Positions 22,984-33,896 of a stretch of 64,000 nucleotides of DNA are shown here, in pieces. The stretch is from an uncultured Verrucomicrobiae bacterium (GTDB lineage Bacteria > Verrucomicrobiota > Verrucomicrobiia > Limisphaerales > Palsa-1400). Made by a program: the position numbers and the translations under genes. Within the stretch, counting starts at the first letter, position 1, and every line of letters starts with the position of its first letter. Below the pieces are notes generated by a model, which searched no databases, was not told the origin of the DNA, and saw only the letters and a list, made by a program, of their open reading frames with translations. The stretch spans positions 5,952,001 through 6,016,000 of the forward strand of contig OY969763.1 in NCBI GenBank assembly GCA_963702845.1, written 5' to 3'.

Positions 22984-23913
22984 CTAGAGCGACGCAAAAA
23001 CTTTTTCGAGGAACAGCCGGTTCGCTTTTGCATTGGCTGTGACTTCGTCAAACGTTTTGCCTGCGGCGCATTCGACCATCACCGGTCCGTTGAAACCGGC
23101 TTTCTTCATTTCGCCAAACACCGCCGGGAAATCCACCTTGCCCTGGCCGAACTGCACGAACACGTCACCCTTCTGTTCGTCGCAATCTTTGGCGCAGAAG
23201 CCGGTGACGTATTGCACGATCGGCTTCAACTGCTCGACGGGATCTTTGCCCGTGTAATAAATGATGTTGCCCGCGTCGTACCAAATTTTGAAATTCGGCC
23301 GGTTCACCGCTTTGATACAGCGCAAGATTTCCTCAGACGCCCCACTCCCGCCGCCGTGTGGCTTCATCACCAGCTTAATTTTCTTTTCCGCGCAATAATC
23401 CGCCGTGTCCGCCATCACCTTGTAATAAGTGTCGTAATGCTCCGGTTTATCCACGCCGAAAGTCAGCAGCCATTCCGTGCCGAGCGTATGCGCATTATCC
23501 ACCTGTTTGCGGACGTCTTTTATCTGCGCGTCCAGCGGCAGCGAATCCTTCTGTCGTAGCGCACACATATTTGCGTGCAGATGGTGCGACGCGGTTTTCT
23601 TCTTCAACGCCGCCAGATATTCCGGCGTCGCACTGGAGCCGTTGAACGGATCTTCCGGCATGCTCGTCAGATACCCAAAAAATTTGTAACCCGCCTTCTC
23701 GGCACCGGTGAGCGCGACGTCGATGCCCCAATTCGCTTTCTGCGGCACCGTAATCGGCTGCGTCTTTGTGCCGAACTGTTGCATCCACGGCCGGTTGAAA
23801 ACGCCGATCGGCCAATTCACACCCGGTTTGGCTTGCGCCGAAACTGCTGCGCCGGCGACGGCAAGGGCTGTGGTTTGGACAAAGTGACGTCGGGACATGC
23901 GATGCGTGTTCAT
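22984..23913 (-). CDS. Tat-exported sugar phosphate isomerase/epimerase (xylose-isomerase-like TIM barrel)
   Basis: SRRHFV Tat motif, KPHGG, YDAGN, KD and G.GKVDF. Confidence 0.85.
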   Translation of the reverse strand: MNTHRMSRRHFVQTTALAVAGAAVSAQAKPGVNWPIGVFNRPWMQQFGTKTQPITVPQKANWGIDVALTGAEKAGYKFFGYLTSMPEDPFNGSSATPEYLAALKKKTASHHLHANMCALRQKDSLPLDAQIKDVRKQVDNAHTLGTEWLLTFGVDKPEHYDTYYKVMADTADYCAEKKIKLVMKPHGGGSGASEEILRCIKAVNRPNFKIWYDAGNIIYYTGKDPVEQLKPIVQYVTGFCAKDCDEQKGDVFVQFGQGKVDFPAVFGEMKKAGFNGPVMVECAAGKTFDEVTANAKANRLFLEKVFASL

Positions 23914-24060
23914 ATATCTGAGGCCGCAATTTACGGCTCCCGATTTACCAATGACCAGTCTTTTCTGCCAACGGATGCCGCGATCGGGAAAATTCGGAGT
24001 GGGCGAGTCAATCCAACAGCCAATTGCAAATGGGCCGTCTTTTGCTACTGTGCTCGCCTC

Positions 24061-25590
24061 ATGCGGACGATTGGCAAACTAATTATCCTTTCGGCAGTGT
24101 TGGGCGTGATCGCCTGCCGCACTGGTGCGCAAACAAACACCTTCCCTTCCGACCCGCTCCTCGACCTGCTGATTAAGAAAGGTTACGTCAGCGAAGACGA
24201 AGCCAAAAAAGTCCGGGCCGAAGCCGGCGCGGCGCAAACCAACAACACTGATCTCGCGCGCACGAAATGGACGATTGGCAATGGCTTCAAGAAAGGTGAG
24301 TTTTTTGGCGACGTTCGTTTGCGCTTCGAAGATCGCACGGTCCATGCTCCGAACGGTTCCCGCTTCGAACTCGACCGTTTGCGTTACGCCGCGCGCATAG
24401 GCCTGCGCGCCGATCTTGTGGGTGATTTTTATTTCGGCCTGCGTCTGGAAACCGCCTCCAACCCGCGTTCGACATGGGTAAACTTCGCCACTTCCACCAG
24501 CGGCGCGCCTTACTCCGGGCCCTTCGGAAAATCGTCAGCCGGCATTAACGTTGGACAGATCTATATTGGCTACAAACCCAAACCGTGGGTCGACATCACA
24601 TTGGGAAAGATGCCCAACCCGCTCTACACCACGGCGATGCTTTGGGATTCTGATCTCAATCCCGAAGGCGCATCAGAACGGTTTAATTTCAAACTCGGTG
24701 ACGCCGAATTGTTCGCCAATTTCGGCCAATTTTATTATCAGGACGTAAACCCGACGCGAAGCGCCGCCTTTCTCGTACCTACACTTCCAGACGGTTCCGA
24801 CGCGCCCTCTCCCTGGATGTTCGCATGGCAATTAGGCGCCAACTACCACATCAATCAGGACATCTCCGCCAAAGCCGCCGCCACGCTCTACAACTACACC
24901 AGCCACGGTGCCCTGGCGCTCGCGGGCAGTTCCACCCTCAATCCGGGCTTTAACGGACCTTTTGTCGGTGAAGGCGCGACTAATTTCAACGGCAGCAGTG
25001 GATTCCCGAGTGGCCCGAACAACGGCTTCGTGTTCAATCAAACAGGCATCAACGACCTGCTCGTCCTCGACTTCCCGTTCGAACTCAACTTCAAACTTTG
25101 TGACTATCGCGCCCGCTTCTTCGGCGACTTCGCAATGAATTTAGACGGCGCCGATCGCGCCCGCGCTGCTGTGCAGGGCGCAGCCAACAACACGTCCATG
25201 AAACTGACGTTGCCGCTACAGAAAAACGACAACAAAGCCTATCAACTCGGCATCGCACTTTCCAATGGTGACAACATCAATACCGTCAACGGCTCCAACA
25301 ATCATCGTGGCGGTTGGGAAACCCGTTTGTATTGGCAGCACGTCGAACAATACGCCCTTGATCCCAACCTCATAGACTCCGATTTCTTTGAAGGCCGTGA
25401 GAACCTTGAAGGCATCTACGTCGCCGCCGCCTATTCTGTCACCGACAACATCATCGGCACCCTCCGCTTCGGCCACGCTTGGCGCATCAACTCCCTCCTC
25501 GGCACCGGCGGCTCCAACCAGGACATCCCTTTTGTAAACCCCATTCAGGACTACCAAATCATCCAGGCCGACTTCACCTGCCGGTTCTAA
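24061..25590 (+). CDS. Putative outer-membrane porin
   Basis: Signal peptide, LLDLLIKKG, GDVRLRFE, GKMPNP, WDSDLNPEG and terminal Phe; start set at ATG 24061. Confidence 0.82.
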   Translation: MRTIGKLIILSAVLGVIACRTGAQTNTFPSDPLLDLLIKKGYVSEDEAKKVRAEAGAAQTNNTDLARTKWTIGNGFKKGEFFGDVRLRFEDRTVHAPNGSRFELDRLRYAARIGLRADLVGDFYFGLRLETASNPRSTWVNFATSTSGAPYSGPFGKSSAGINVGQIYIGYKPKPWVDITLGKMPNPLYTTAMLWDSDLNPEGASERFNFKLGDAELFANFGQFYYQDVNPTRSAAFLVPTLPDGSDAPSPWMFAWQLGANYHINQDISAKAAATLYNYTSHGALALAGSSTLNPGFNGPFVGEGATNFNGSSGFPSGPNNGFVFNQTGINDLLVLDFPFELNFKLCDYRARFFGDFAMNLDGADRARAAVQGAANNTSMKLTLPLQKNDNKAYQLGIALSNGDNINTVNGSNNHRGGWETRLYWQHVEQYALDPNLIDSDFFEGRENLEGIYVAAAYSVTDNIIGTLRFGHAWRINSLLGTGGSNQDIPFVNPIQDYQIIQADFTCRF

Positions 25591-25790
25591 TGGGTAGGGG
25601 GTAGGGCGAAGCTCCGGCTGAGCCTTTCAGCAGTGCAGCCTTCACATCTTGACAAGTAGTGCCTTTATGTCACGCTCCATCGCCTGCCGGGCTCGGCTCG
25701 TCGGTGTTCCGAAGCCTTTGGTTTCGCTCCGCGTTCTTTGACATAAATGTAACTACAGTAGCAGGTTCCGTTTACGAATTTGCCGTGGAA

Positions 25791-25840
25791 AGTAGCTACA
25801 AGTTGCGACTTGTAGTTGATTGTAGCAACTAGTAGCAACA
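25791..25840. repeat. Five degenerate 10-bp tandem repeats (consensus about WGTAGCWACW)
   Basis: agtagctaca/agttgcgact/tgtagttgat/tgtagcaact/agtagcaaca. Confidence 0.65.
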
Positions 25841-25886
25841 TCCCCGCAAGAAAAGCGCCTTGCCTTGGTGCAGCTGTGGTAAGTTC

Positions 25887-28800
25887 TTAACCTTGAGCGG
25901 TTTTCGGTGCAAAACGCCCCCATCGCAACGCCAACGTTGGTAGCACGAGCAGGTTCAACACCGTCGAGGTCAGTAGCCCGCCAAGAATCACAATCGACAT
26001 CGGTCCTTCGATTTCGCGTCCGGCCTCTCCTGTCCCGATGGCCAGTGGCAAAAGACCTAACGCCGTTACCAGAGCAGTCATCAAAATCGGCACAAGCCGC
26101 TCCGTGGCTCCACGCAACGCTGCTTCAGGCCCCCACGGAATGCCTTCCTGGGTGACGAGATGTTCGAAGTGCGAAATCATCATGATCGAGTTGCGCATCG
26201 TAATGCCGAAGAGCGTCACAAGTCCGACCATCGAGCCGAGTGAAAGATCACCCTTGCCTGTGTCGCTCAGCACGCCAGTAATAAAGGCCGCGAGGATGCC
26301 GCCAACCAACGCAAATGGAACGTTCGCCAAAACCAGCAGCAGGTTGCGCCAATTGCCGAAAATAATCGCGAGCAGAAGAACGATTGCGACACCCGCAATA
26401 AGCGAGTGAATGAGTAACTCACGTTGGGCCGCCGCCTGTTGTTGGGCTGCGCCGGAGTAGACGATATACGCAACCTTGGGTAATTGAACCTGGGCCGCAA
26501 CCTTTTGCTTCGCTTCGGCCACAAACGTCGAAACATCACGGCCGCGCACGTTGCACGTTACCGTCTGCCGTCGCCGTGCGCCCTCGTGCAAAATATTGTA
26601 ACGGCCTGACGTCGTGTAAATTGCTGCCAGCTCACGCAAAGGCATGCGCAAACCGGAATCATTCTGCACCATAAACGATTCGATGCTGTGCCTGTTTTGC
26701 CGATCCACGGAATCGAGAATCACTGCCACATCCGTGACGCGGTTCCCTTGATAAACCTGTCCGACGATGTTTCCCTGAAACGCGAGTTCGATTGCGTCCA
26801 GCACTTCAAGGGGGCGATAGCCGAATCGGGTTAACCGCTCTGGTTTCAAATCGATGGCAATGCGTGGAGCGCCCGGCGGTGATTGCACCTGGACATCAGT
26901 CGAGCCGTTTACGCCCTGCAGCAACGCGGCAATTTCCCGCGCTTTCTGATCGGCAACATCGAGGTCCTCGCAAAAAATGTTGAGCACCACGCCGGCCGTT
27001 TCGCCGCTGACGCTTTCACCAATGCGATCGCCGAGGAAGGTCATGACGCTGGACTGCGCGCCGGGAAATTTTTCAACAATCTCACGTATCTCCTTTTCAG
27101 CGACCTCTTCGTCTTCACCGCTGACACCCCGTTTCAGCTCGACGTGAAATTCGCAGCGTTGCGGCCCCCAGGTATCCTCGCCCATCTCAGCGCGGCCAAC
27201 CTGTTGCTCGACTGATTGAATTTTGGAGTTGGCGAGAAGCTCTTTGGAAACCTCCGCGCCGACCCGCAGCATTTCCGGAAGCGACGTGCCCGGCACCATT
27301 GAAAACTGAATGACGAAATGTCCTTCGCGAAATTCCGGAAGAAACGCGCCACCGAAAAAGGGCAGGGTGGCACATGCTCCGAGCACAAGAAGAATTGCCA
27401 GAGTAATGATCAGTTTCGGCCAGCGCGCGGCGGCGCTGAGCAGCGTGCGTTGTCGGGTTTTGAGCCAACCGATGTATCGCGGTTCCGCGTGCGGTTTGAT
27501 CCGCGAAAAAACCAGGTAACACAACGCCGGCGTCACGGTCAGTGCGACGGCCAGCGAGGCCAGCGTCGCGAGGATGAACGCCACCGCGAGCGGCGCGAAG
27601 AAACGTCCTTGCAGGCCGCTCATCGTCAGCACCGGCAAAAATACGAGCGCCACGATAAACGTCGCGTAAACAATAGCGGAACGGACTTCAATCGATGCCT
27701 CCAGGACGACCGCGAAAACTGAACGCGGTTGCGGCAAGGTGATGTTGTGGCGCAATCGTCGAAGAATGTTTTCGACGTCAATAATCGCGTCGTCGACCAC
27801 AACCCCGATCGCGACCGCAAAGCCGCCCAGCGTCATCGTGTTAATGGTCGCGCCAAAATGATCGAGGATGATGACAGCCGTGAGCAGTGACAATGGAATC
27901 GCCATGAACGAAATCAGGGCGCTGCGAAAATCGAGCAGAAACAAAAACAAAATCACGGCAACGAGCCCGCCGCCGAGCAGCAGCGAGAACTGCACGTTGC
28001 GCAACCCCGTTTCAATGAAATTGGCGGGCCGATGGAGTCGTGGCACATACTGAATGTCTTCCTTTTCAAAGAGCGGCTTCATCTCATCGAGGGCGGCCTC
28101 TAGACCCTGCGTCACTTCCAAGGTGTTCGCGCCATACTGGCCGGAGACGGTGATCAATACTCCGGGTTGCCCCATGATGAGAGAATCGCCAAACTTTGGC
28201 TCGAGTCCATCGACCACGTTCGCGACATCTTTGAGCCGGACTGTCTTGCCATCGGAATGTGCGACGGCGATTTCACCAAGAGCGGCTGCGTTGAGGCTTT
28301 GTCCTTCTGTTTGCAATACAATGCGCTGATTGGCGTTCTCGATGAACCCGGCGCCGCGCACGCCGGTTGCATTACGCGCGGCGTTAAGAACGTCTTGAAC
28401 TGAAATGTTGAACGCGATGAGCCGGTCTGGACGAATCTGGATTTGCAGTTGGGTTGAGTCACCGCCAAACACGGAGACCTTCGCAACACCAGGAACCGCG
28501 AGGAGACGAGGACGCACCGTCCATTCGCCGAACGTGTGCAAATCGACTGGCGAGATATTCGTCGAGATCAGCCCGAACTTGAGGATGTCCATCGTTGAGG
28601 ATGTGAGCGGCTCCATCTTCGGCGACTTCACGCCGGGGGGAAGTTCGCCTGCGAGGGTCGTCAGTTTTTCCGCAAGCATTTGGCGCGCGCGGAAAATATC
28701 AGTGCCTTCTTTGAAGACCGCGGTGACAACCGACAATCCCTGGATTGATTCCGATCGGATGTTTTCAAGATCACTCACTCCGCTGAGGGCGCTTTCGACA

Positions 28801-29003
28801 GGTCGCGTGACAATCGCTTCAACCTGTTCAGGCGCGAGCCCCGGCGATTCGGTTTGGACGACAACCTGTGGAGTGACGAATTCAGGGAAAACGTCCAGCT
28901 TAGCATTCAGCGACACATAAATGCCGTAGCCAATGAGCACGCACGCAAGCGTCAGGACGACGGCGCGAAAACGTAGAGCGTGTTGGACAATCCAGTTGAG
29001 CAT
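25887..29003 (-). CDS. CusA/CzcA family heavy-metal RND efflux permease
   Basis: LDVFPEF, IGVVVDDAIIDVEN and ERLVPILMTAL; start at ATG 29003 overlaps the upstream stop. Confidence 0.93.
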   Translation of the reverse strand: MLNWIVQHALRFRAVVLTLACVLIGYGIYVSLNAKLDVFPEFVTPQVVVQTESPGLAPEQVEAIVTRPVESALSGVSDLENIRSESIQGLSVVTAVFKEGTDIFRARQMLAEKLTTLAGELPPGVKSPKMEPLTSSTMDILKFGLISTNISPVDLHTFGEWTVRPRLLAVPGVAKVSVFGGDSTQLQIQIRPDRLIAFNISVQDVLNAARNATGVRGAGFIENANQRIVLQTEGQSLNAAALGEIAVAHSDGKTVRLKDVANVVDGLEPKFGDSLIMGQPGVLITVSGQYGANTLEVTQGLEAALDEMKPLFEKEDIQYVPRLHRPANFIETGLRNVQFSLLLGGGLVAVILFLFLLDFRSALISFMAIPLSLLTAVIILDHFGATINTMTLGGFAVAIGVVVDDAIIDVENILRRLRHNITLPQPRSVFAVVLEASIEVRSAIVYATFIVALVFLPVLTMSGLQGRFFAPLAVAFILATLASLAVALTVTPALCYLVFSRIKPHAEPRYIGWLKTRQRTLLSAAARWPKLIITLAILLVLGACATLPFFGGAFLPEFREGHFVIQFSMVPGTSLPEMLRVGAEVSKELLANSKIQSVEQQVGRAEMGEDTWGPQRCEFHVELKRGVSGEDEEVAEKEIREIVEKFPGAQSSVMTFLGDRIGESVSGETAGVVLNIFCEDLDVADQKAREIAALLQGVNGSTDVQVQSPPGAPRIAIDLKPERLTRFGYRPLEVLDAIELAFQGNIVGQVYQGNRVTDVAVILDSVDRQNRHSIESFMVQNDSGLRMPLRELAAIYTTSGRYNILHEGARRRQTVTCNVRGRDVSTFVAEAKQKVAAQVQLPKVAYIVYSGAAQQQAAAQRELLIHSLIAGVAIVLLLAIIFGNWRNLLLVLANVPFALVGGILAAFITGVLSDTGKGDLSLGSMVGLVTLFGITMRNSIMMISHFEHLVTQEGIPWGPEAALRGATERLVPILMTALVTALGLLPLAIGTGEAGREIEGPMSIVILGGLLTSTVLNLLVLPTLALRWGRFAPKTAQG

Positions 29004-29998
29004 TAGTCGATGCTGATTTGTGCTTTTTGCTCTTCCGACAACAACTCCTGCGCGCCCTGGACAACGACGCGGTCGCCGGCTTTCACTGCATTGGTGGATG
29101 ATTGGAACCATCCGCCTTGCGCCGGAATTTGGAGCGAGACTTCAGTGCGGGTGAGAGTGTTCGTGCTCGTGGCAACGTAGGTCCACACTTTGCCGATGAA
29201 CTGCACGACGGCCGATTCCGGCACTGTGACGCCTTGCTGAGCCGCGCTGGTCGTTTGCAACAGAGCTCTGATCGATGCGCCCGGACGCACTTGCGTCGAA
29301 TCGCATTCGAGGATGAACCCTTCGCCCTGCGTTTTCGGATCCACCTTCGTTGCTCGGGAAATCACTTTCGCAGTCTGCCATTGTTCAGAACTCAACGTGG
29401 TGATGCGAGCTGCCGTTGGTTCATCTGAAATCGCTTCGCCGGCAGGCAAGTCCATGCGAGCAATGGCCGTTTTGTTCGCGAGAAGATTGTTGATCAAGGT
29501 TTGTAAATTGGTGGCGGAAAGTTTTGAAATATTCTGCCCCCACTCGAGTGCGATTTGTTGCTGGAGCGATTGCAGTTTAATCTCGTTGGCGCGAACGTCG
29601 GCTTCGGTGGATTCCAAAGTTTTGCGCGCGACATTTTCACCTTGATCAAAGAGCGATTTTGCACGGGCGGCAGCCTTTTTGGATGTTTCAAGCGACACCA
29701 ACGTCGTGGCCATTTCGTTTTGAGAAGTAATCAGAGACGTCGGGTCGAGCACCATGCCGTATGCGGCTAGTTCCGGCGTGTGCTGCGTCGACTTAAGTTC
29801 TTCGAGCTTCAAACCGATTCGCTTCTGCGCTTCGTCAGTTACCGTCACAATGACGTCGCCCTTTTCCGAGCGTTTGATTTCAATCGGTTTGGCTTCAGTC
29901 GTCGCTGCCTCAGCCGGTTTTTCCGCGGGTTTGGAGCAGCCGAAAGCTAACGCCAGGCATAGAAGCAGCAGTCCCACGTGCTGTTTTAAAATTTTCAT
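29003..29998 (-). CDS. RND efflux membrane-fusion (periplasmic adaptor) lipoprotein
   Basis: Lipobox LAFGC, VPESAVV and GDRVVVQGAQELL. Confidence 0.88.
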   Translation of the reverse strand: MKILKQHVGLLLLCLALAFGCSKPAEKPAEAATTEAKPIEIKRSEKGDVIVTVTDEAQKRIGLKLEELKSTQHTPELAAYGMVLDPTSLITSQNEMATTLVSLETSKKAAARAKSLFDQGENVARKTLESTEADVRANEIKLQSLQQQIALEWGQNISKLSATNLQTLINNLLANKTAIARMDLPAGEAISDEPTAARITTLSSEQWQTAKVISRATKVDPKTQGEGFILECDSTQVRPGASIRALLQTTSAAQQGVTVPESAVVQFIGKVWTYVATSTNTLTRTEVSLQIPAQGGWFQSSTNAVKAGDRVVVQGAQELLSEEQKAQISID

Positions 29999-31405
29999 CG
30001 TTTGTCTTTCTCAGTCGCGAGATCGGGTGAGGCGAGCAAGCGAACATTCGTTGGCTCCGAAATTGGCTTTTGCACGGCATTTTCCAAGGCTCCGAGAGCT
30101 TGTTGCACAACGCGGAGCGATTCCAGTTGTCCGCGACGCGCTTCCAGTCGTTGTAACTGCGCGATCCAAACTGCTGATTGATCGGCTTCACCGGCTTGAA
30201 CAGTCGCTTCGGCCGATTTGAAATTGTGAGTCTGTGCCGCGATCAAAGTGCTATCATTGGTCCACTGCATATACGCGCGGCGATACGCGGCCAGCCCGCG
30301 TTCCGTATCCTGAATGGCTGCGGACTGAACTGCCAAAAACCGAACCTCCGCTTCCTTTCGCTTCGCTTCAGCCTCGGTGATCGGTCCCGCGATTGCGGCT
30401 CAAGATCGGAAGAGTTGCCGACGCACCGATGCCAAACTTGTGTTCGCCCTGATCAAATTCGTAACCGGGGCTGATGTGAACGTCCGGATATTGTTTCGCA
30501 ATTTCCAATTGAAGCGCCGCCTCGCTCGCCGCATATTCCGCCAGCGAGCGACGGACGTCGAGCCGGTTTAGAACGCCCGCAGTCTGCACAGCCGCTTTCG
30601 AGACATGTTCCGGTTTCGGCGGTTCGTCGTAGCGCCAATGGACGCGCATCTTTTCGAAAACCGACATGGGAATACCCAACGATGCAGCCACTTGGTATCG
30701 CGCCTCCGCCAAACGTGTCTCGGCTTTGGTTTGTGCAATTGATGAGCTGATAAACTCCGTGCGTACCACGTTCACCTCGATGTGCGAGGCTTCACCAGCT
30801 TGGGCGTAACGTTCCAAGCGAGCCAGAAGGTTTGAACGCAAATTCATTTCCGTCCGCAAATACTGCGCATCAAGGTCCGCCGCGTAATACTCAACCAGGT
30901 TCGACCGCAAATCGCCGCGAACTTTCCATGCCGCTTCACCCAACGCCAGTTGCGACGCGAGCGTCAATTGCTTGGCCTGTTCGCGCCGGTGCTTCCGCTT
31001 CCCTGCCGTCTCAATCGGGATATCCCAACTGAATCCAAAAAGCCACGGGGAGGTGCCGGTATCCGAATTGACGGCATATTGGGGCGCGAAACTGACGCTT
31101 GGGTTGGGCCGTTCTCCCGCGGAAATTTCCCCAGCCGCAGATTCCGCCACTTTCGCACGCGCCAACTGCAGGTCGGGATGAAAGTAGAACGCAACGAGCG
31201 TCAGGGCTTCCAGGTCGAATTCTTGAGGCGGCCAGTTTGCGGCTAGATTGGTCGAGTTTTTCGCGATGAACTCACGCAGCCCGACGTCGTCAATTGCTCT
31301 CGATCGAAATGCCGCCTCCGTTCGCGCTGGCGAAATCGGGGCAGGCTTGTAGCTGACGCACCCCGCGAGAATCCCCAAAAAAATGACAAACAAACAACGC
31401 TTCAC
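29995..31405 (-). CDS. TolC family outer-membrane efflux lipoprotein; frameshift near 30387
   Basis: LAGC lipobox, PIETAGKR, AKQYPD and LP..NRG in 30368..31405; continues in the 29995..30336 frame after an extra G. Confidence 0.87.
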
Positions 31406-31573
31406 AGTCGGTGTTAGTCAACGCAAACGGGCACCGCAAATCAAGGAGCGCTGCATGACACTTTCTTCATGGAATGCCGAAAAAGTGCCGTAAAGATGAT
31501 GGTTTCTGTTTATTTCCAAACCGAGATGTGATTGAATAACAATCCGGCACACGCCGTCTGAAAAGAGCCCAAT

Positions 31574-33367
31574 ATGTTCATTAGCAGTTTCTCGAAATCC
31601 GTTCGTCCGTTGTTTTCCAAACTTTCAGCTTTCGGTGCCGCTTCGGTTATCGTCCTGTCACTTGCCGCAAATTCCCATGCGCAATTGAGTAAAGGGTTTC
31701 AAATCCTTCTCACCCGCGGATTACAGACGCAAGGCCTCTCGCAATGGAACGATTTTTGGACCTACTCGACCTACACCAATGCCAATTACACCTCCGTTAA
31801 CTGGGGTGCGCAATCGCGCCCCGAATGGATGGCGCCGGGAATGGTGTGGTCGCGCTGGGCCAACGACGAGACGCAAATGCCACCGCAGGACTTCGGCAAT
31901 GGCGACGAAGCTCTCGTCATGACCAACCTTGTCGCTTTGCAATTGGCAGACGAATGGAACCTGAACGACGACAATACTCGCACCCGCCTCGTCAATTGGT
32001 TCAACAGCGTTAGTACAAATTTTCCGAACACAATTCTCTACCACAATAACTATGGCGGCCAGGTGCTGGATCAATACTTAGGCGATTTCATCAGCCGCGC
32101 CCATCCCGACATGTTGTCGTGGGACACTTATCCCTTTCACGCCGATGGCAGCGGCAATCCTATTACTGGTCGGCCGTACAACTGGTATGGCGACCTCTGG
32201 CGCTATCGCCAATTTGGATTGGGCTATCAAATCCCGACGATGATTTATCGTCAATGCTATCACTCCACCGCCGAAGGCGTCCGCGACCCGTCACCTTCCG
32301 AGTTGCGCCTGCTCACCTCGATGGCCCTAGCCTACAACTACAAAATGATTTGCGACTTCGAATACAACGCCGGAGCCACCTCGCTCTTCACCATCGACCA
32401 GACCGGCTACAACGGCGACACCGGCGCGCCCAAGCCTCTCTACACCGAAATGATCGACGTAAACAAACGGGCGTCCAACCTTGGCAAAGCCCTCATCCGT
32501 TTAACGCCCGTTTACGACCTACACAACTCCAACGCCGTTCCGCCGCCTCCCGGTCCCACCAGTACCGATCCCAATTTCCCTACGGGAACAACGACCGGCA
32601 TCATGTTTTTGCAAGGTCGCTACCTGAGCAATGGAACAACGAACTTGAACTCGATCCCGGTCGGTTTATATCCCGACCCGCAATCCTCTCCCAATCCGAC
32701 CAACCAAAACAATCTGATCTATAGCTGGTGGGAATCGGGCGTAAATGATCGATATTTGAACGGCTGGTCAGTGACAAACAAGGGCGCCGTGAAAAACAAC
32801 GGTCTCATCGGTGATGTCATTATCTCCTGGTTCCATCCTATCGACGACGGTTACAGCCCATCAAAAAACACGAACGAAATCTATATGATGGTGGTAAACG
32901 GCCTTTCCGATGCCATCGGAACTGCTGCCGACTGCATGCAGGAAATCAAATTCAACTTCCTCGTCGGCACCAACGTGACCGCGGTCGAAATGCTTGATCC
33001 GGAAACCGGGGTAGTTACGACCAACACCATGCCGGTGATTGCCGGCAGTGGTTCCAGCACCAAGCGACAACTCGTCATGGACATCAACGGCGGTGATGCG
33101 GTGCTGTTCAAGTTTTCTGATGGCGTACCGTTTGTGACTTTACCCGTCGCTGGCAAACTGACTGCAACCGCTGTTAGCGGTCAGCCAACGTTCACGTTGC
33201 GCGGTCCCTATGCCGCAAATTACCGCATTGAATATTCAACAAGTTTAACCGCTGGAAGTTGGAACACTTTGAAGATTTTGCAGGTGTCCGCTGTGACTGG
33301 AAATGTGACCTTTACCGACCCGGCTGGAAGCACCGCGCGATTTTACCGCGCGATCGCACTTCCCTGA
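31574..33367 (+). CDS. Secreted hypothetical protein, possibly carbohydrate-active, with verrucomicrobial-type C-terminal domain
   Basis: Signal peptide; Trp/Tyr/Asn-rich core; C-terminal Y.IEYSTSL..W...FTDP....RFYR. Confidence 0.75.
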   Translation: MFISSFSKSVRPLFSKLSAFGAASVIVLSLAANSHAQLSKGFQILLTRGLQTQGLSQWNDFWTYSTYTNANYTSVNWGAQSRPEWMAPGMVWSRWANDETQMPPQDFGNGDEALVMTNLVALQLADEWNLNDDNTRTRLVNWFNSVSTNFPNTILYHNNYGGQVLDQYLGDFISRAHPDMLSWDTYPFHADGSGNPITGRPYNWYGDLWRYRQFGLGYQIPTMIYRQCYHSTAEGVRDPSPSELRLLTSMALAYNYKMICDFEYNAGATSLFTIDQTGYNGDTGAPKPLYTEMIDVNKRASNLGKALIRLTPVYDLHNSNAVPPPPGPTSTDPNFPTGTTTGIMFLQGRYLSNGTTNLNSIPVGLYPDPQSSPNPTNQNNLIYSWWESGVNDRYLNGWSVTNKGAVKNNGLIGDVIISWFHPIDDGYSPSKNTNEIYMMVVNGLSDAIGTAADCMQEIKFNFLVGTNVTAVEMLDPETGVVTTNTMPVIAGSGSSTKRQLVMDINGGDAVLFKFSDGVPFVTLPVAGKLTATAVSGQPTFTLRGPYAANYRIEYSTSLTAGSWNTLKILQVSAVTGNVTFTDPAGSTARFYRAIALP

Positions 33368-33372
33368 CCGGC

Positions 33373-33624
33373 TTACCACGTTTTTGGAACGATCCGATTA
33401 GAATTTGGCAGGCGAAAGAACGTAACCGGCTCTTTCAGGTAAATACCGACATAACCGCGCATCTTCATTTCTTCGGCTGAGCCCATCGGGCAATCGTGCG
33501 GTTCGCCGACGTAATATTTGTCCCGCAACGTTTTTTTATCCGGGCCAACCAAATCAAGGCAGCTTGCCGCGCGGTTTCCGACGAAGGTGGATGCATTGCA
33601 CTTGGTTTCCTGTAATGTATTCAT
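33373..33624 (-). CDS. Small hypothetical protein
   Basis: Open frame MNTLQETKC...; no recognisable motif. Confidence 0.35.
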   Translation of the reverse strand: MNTLQETKCNASTFVGNRAASCLDLVGPDKKTLRDKYYVGEPHDCPMGSAEEMKMRGYVGIYLKEPVTFFRLPNSNRIVPKTW

Positions 33625-33896
33625 AAAGCAAAGGTTTTCCAAACTGTGCGACGAGGCTACTTGACTGCACTTTCTCTGCCAATCAGGTGTGCGTCTGCTT
33701 TATCTCTAAGGGTTTGGTATGGACATAGTGTCCGCATTCGTGAACAAGGTGTGGATAAGATAAAACACTGAGTCCTTGACAAGGTATTCGTCGCGCTGCA
33801 GTAGGCGGCCCCGTATAATACCGCGGGTGGATCAACCAACAATGTTCCGCGCTTTAAAGAAAGGAGTGCGCCATTTTTGACGCACTCCATTTCACG

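Noticed and set aside
23575..24060. N-terminal extension of the porin ORF (likewise 29004-29111, 38028-38333, 46210-46335)
   Set aside because: The extensions overlap neighbouring genes; downstream starts give proper N-termini.
33750..33758. Perfect DnaA box (TGTGGATAA) as a sign of oriC
   Set aside because: Single box; no cluster, unwinding element or dnaA/dnaN context seen.
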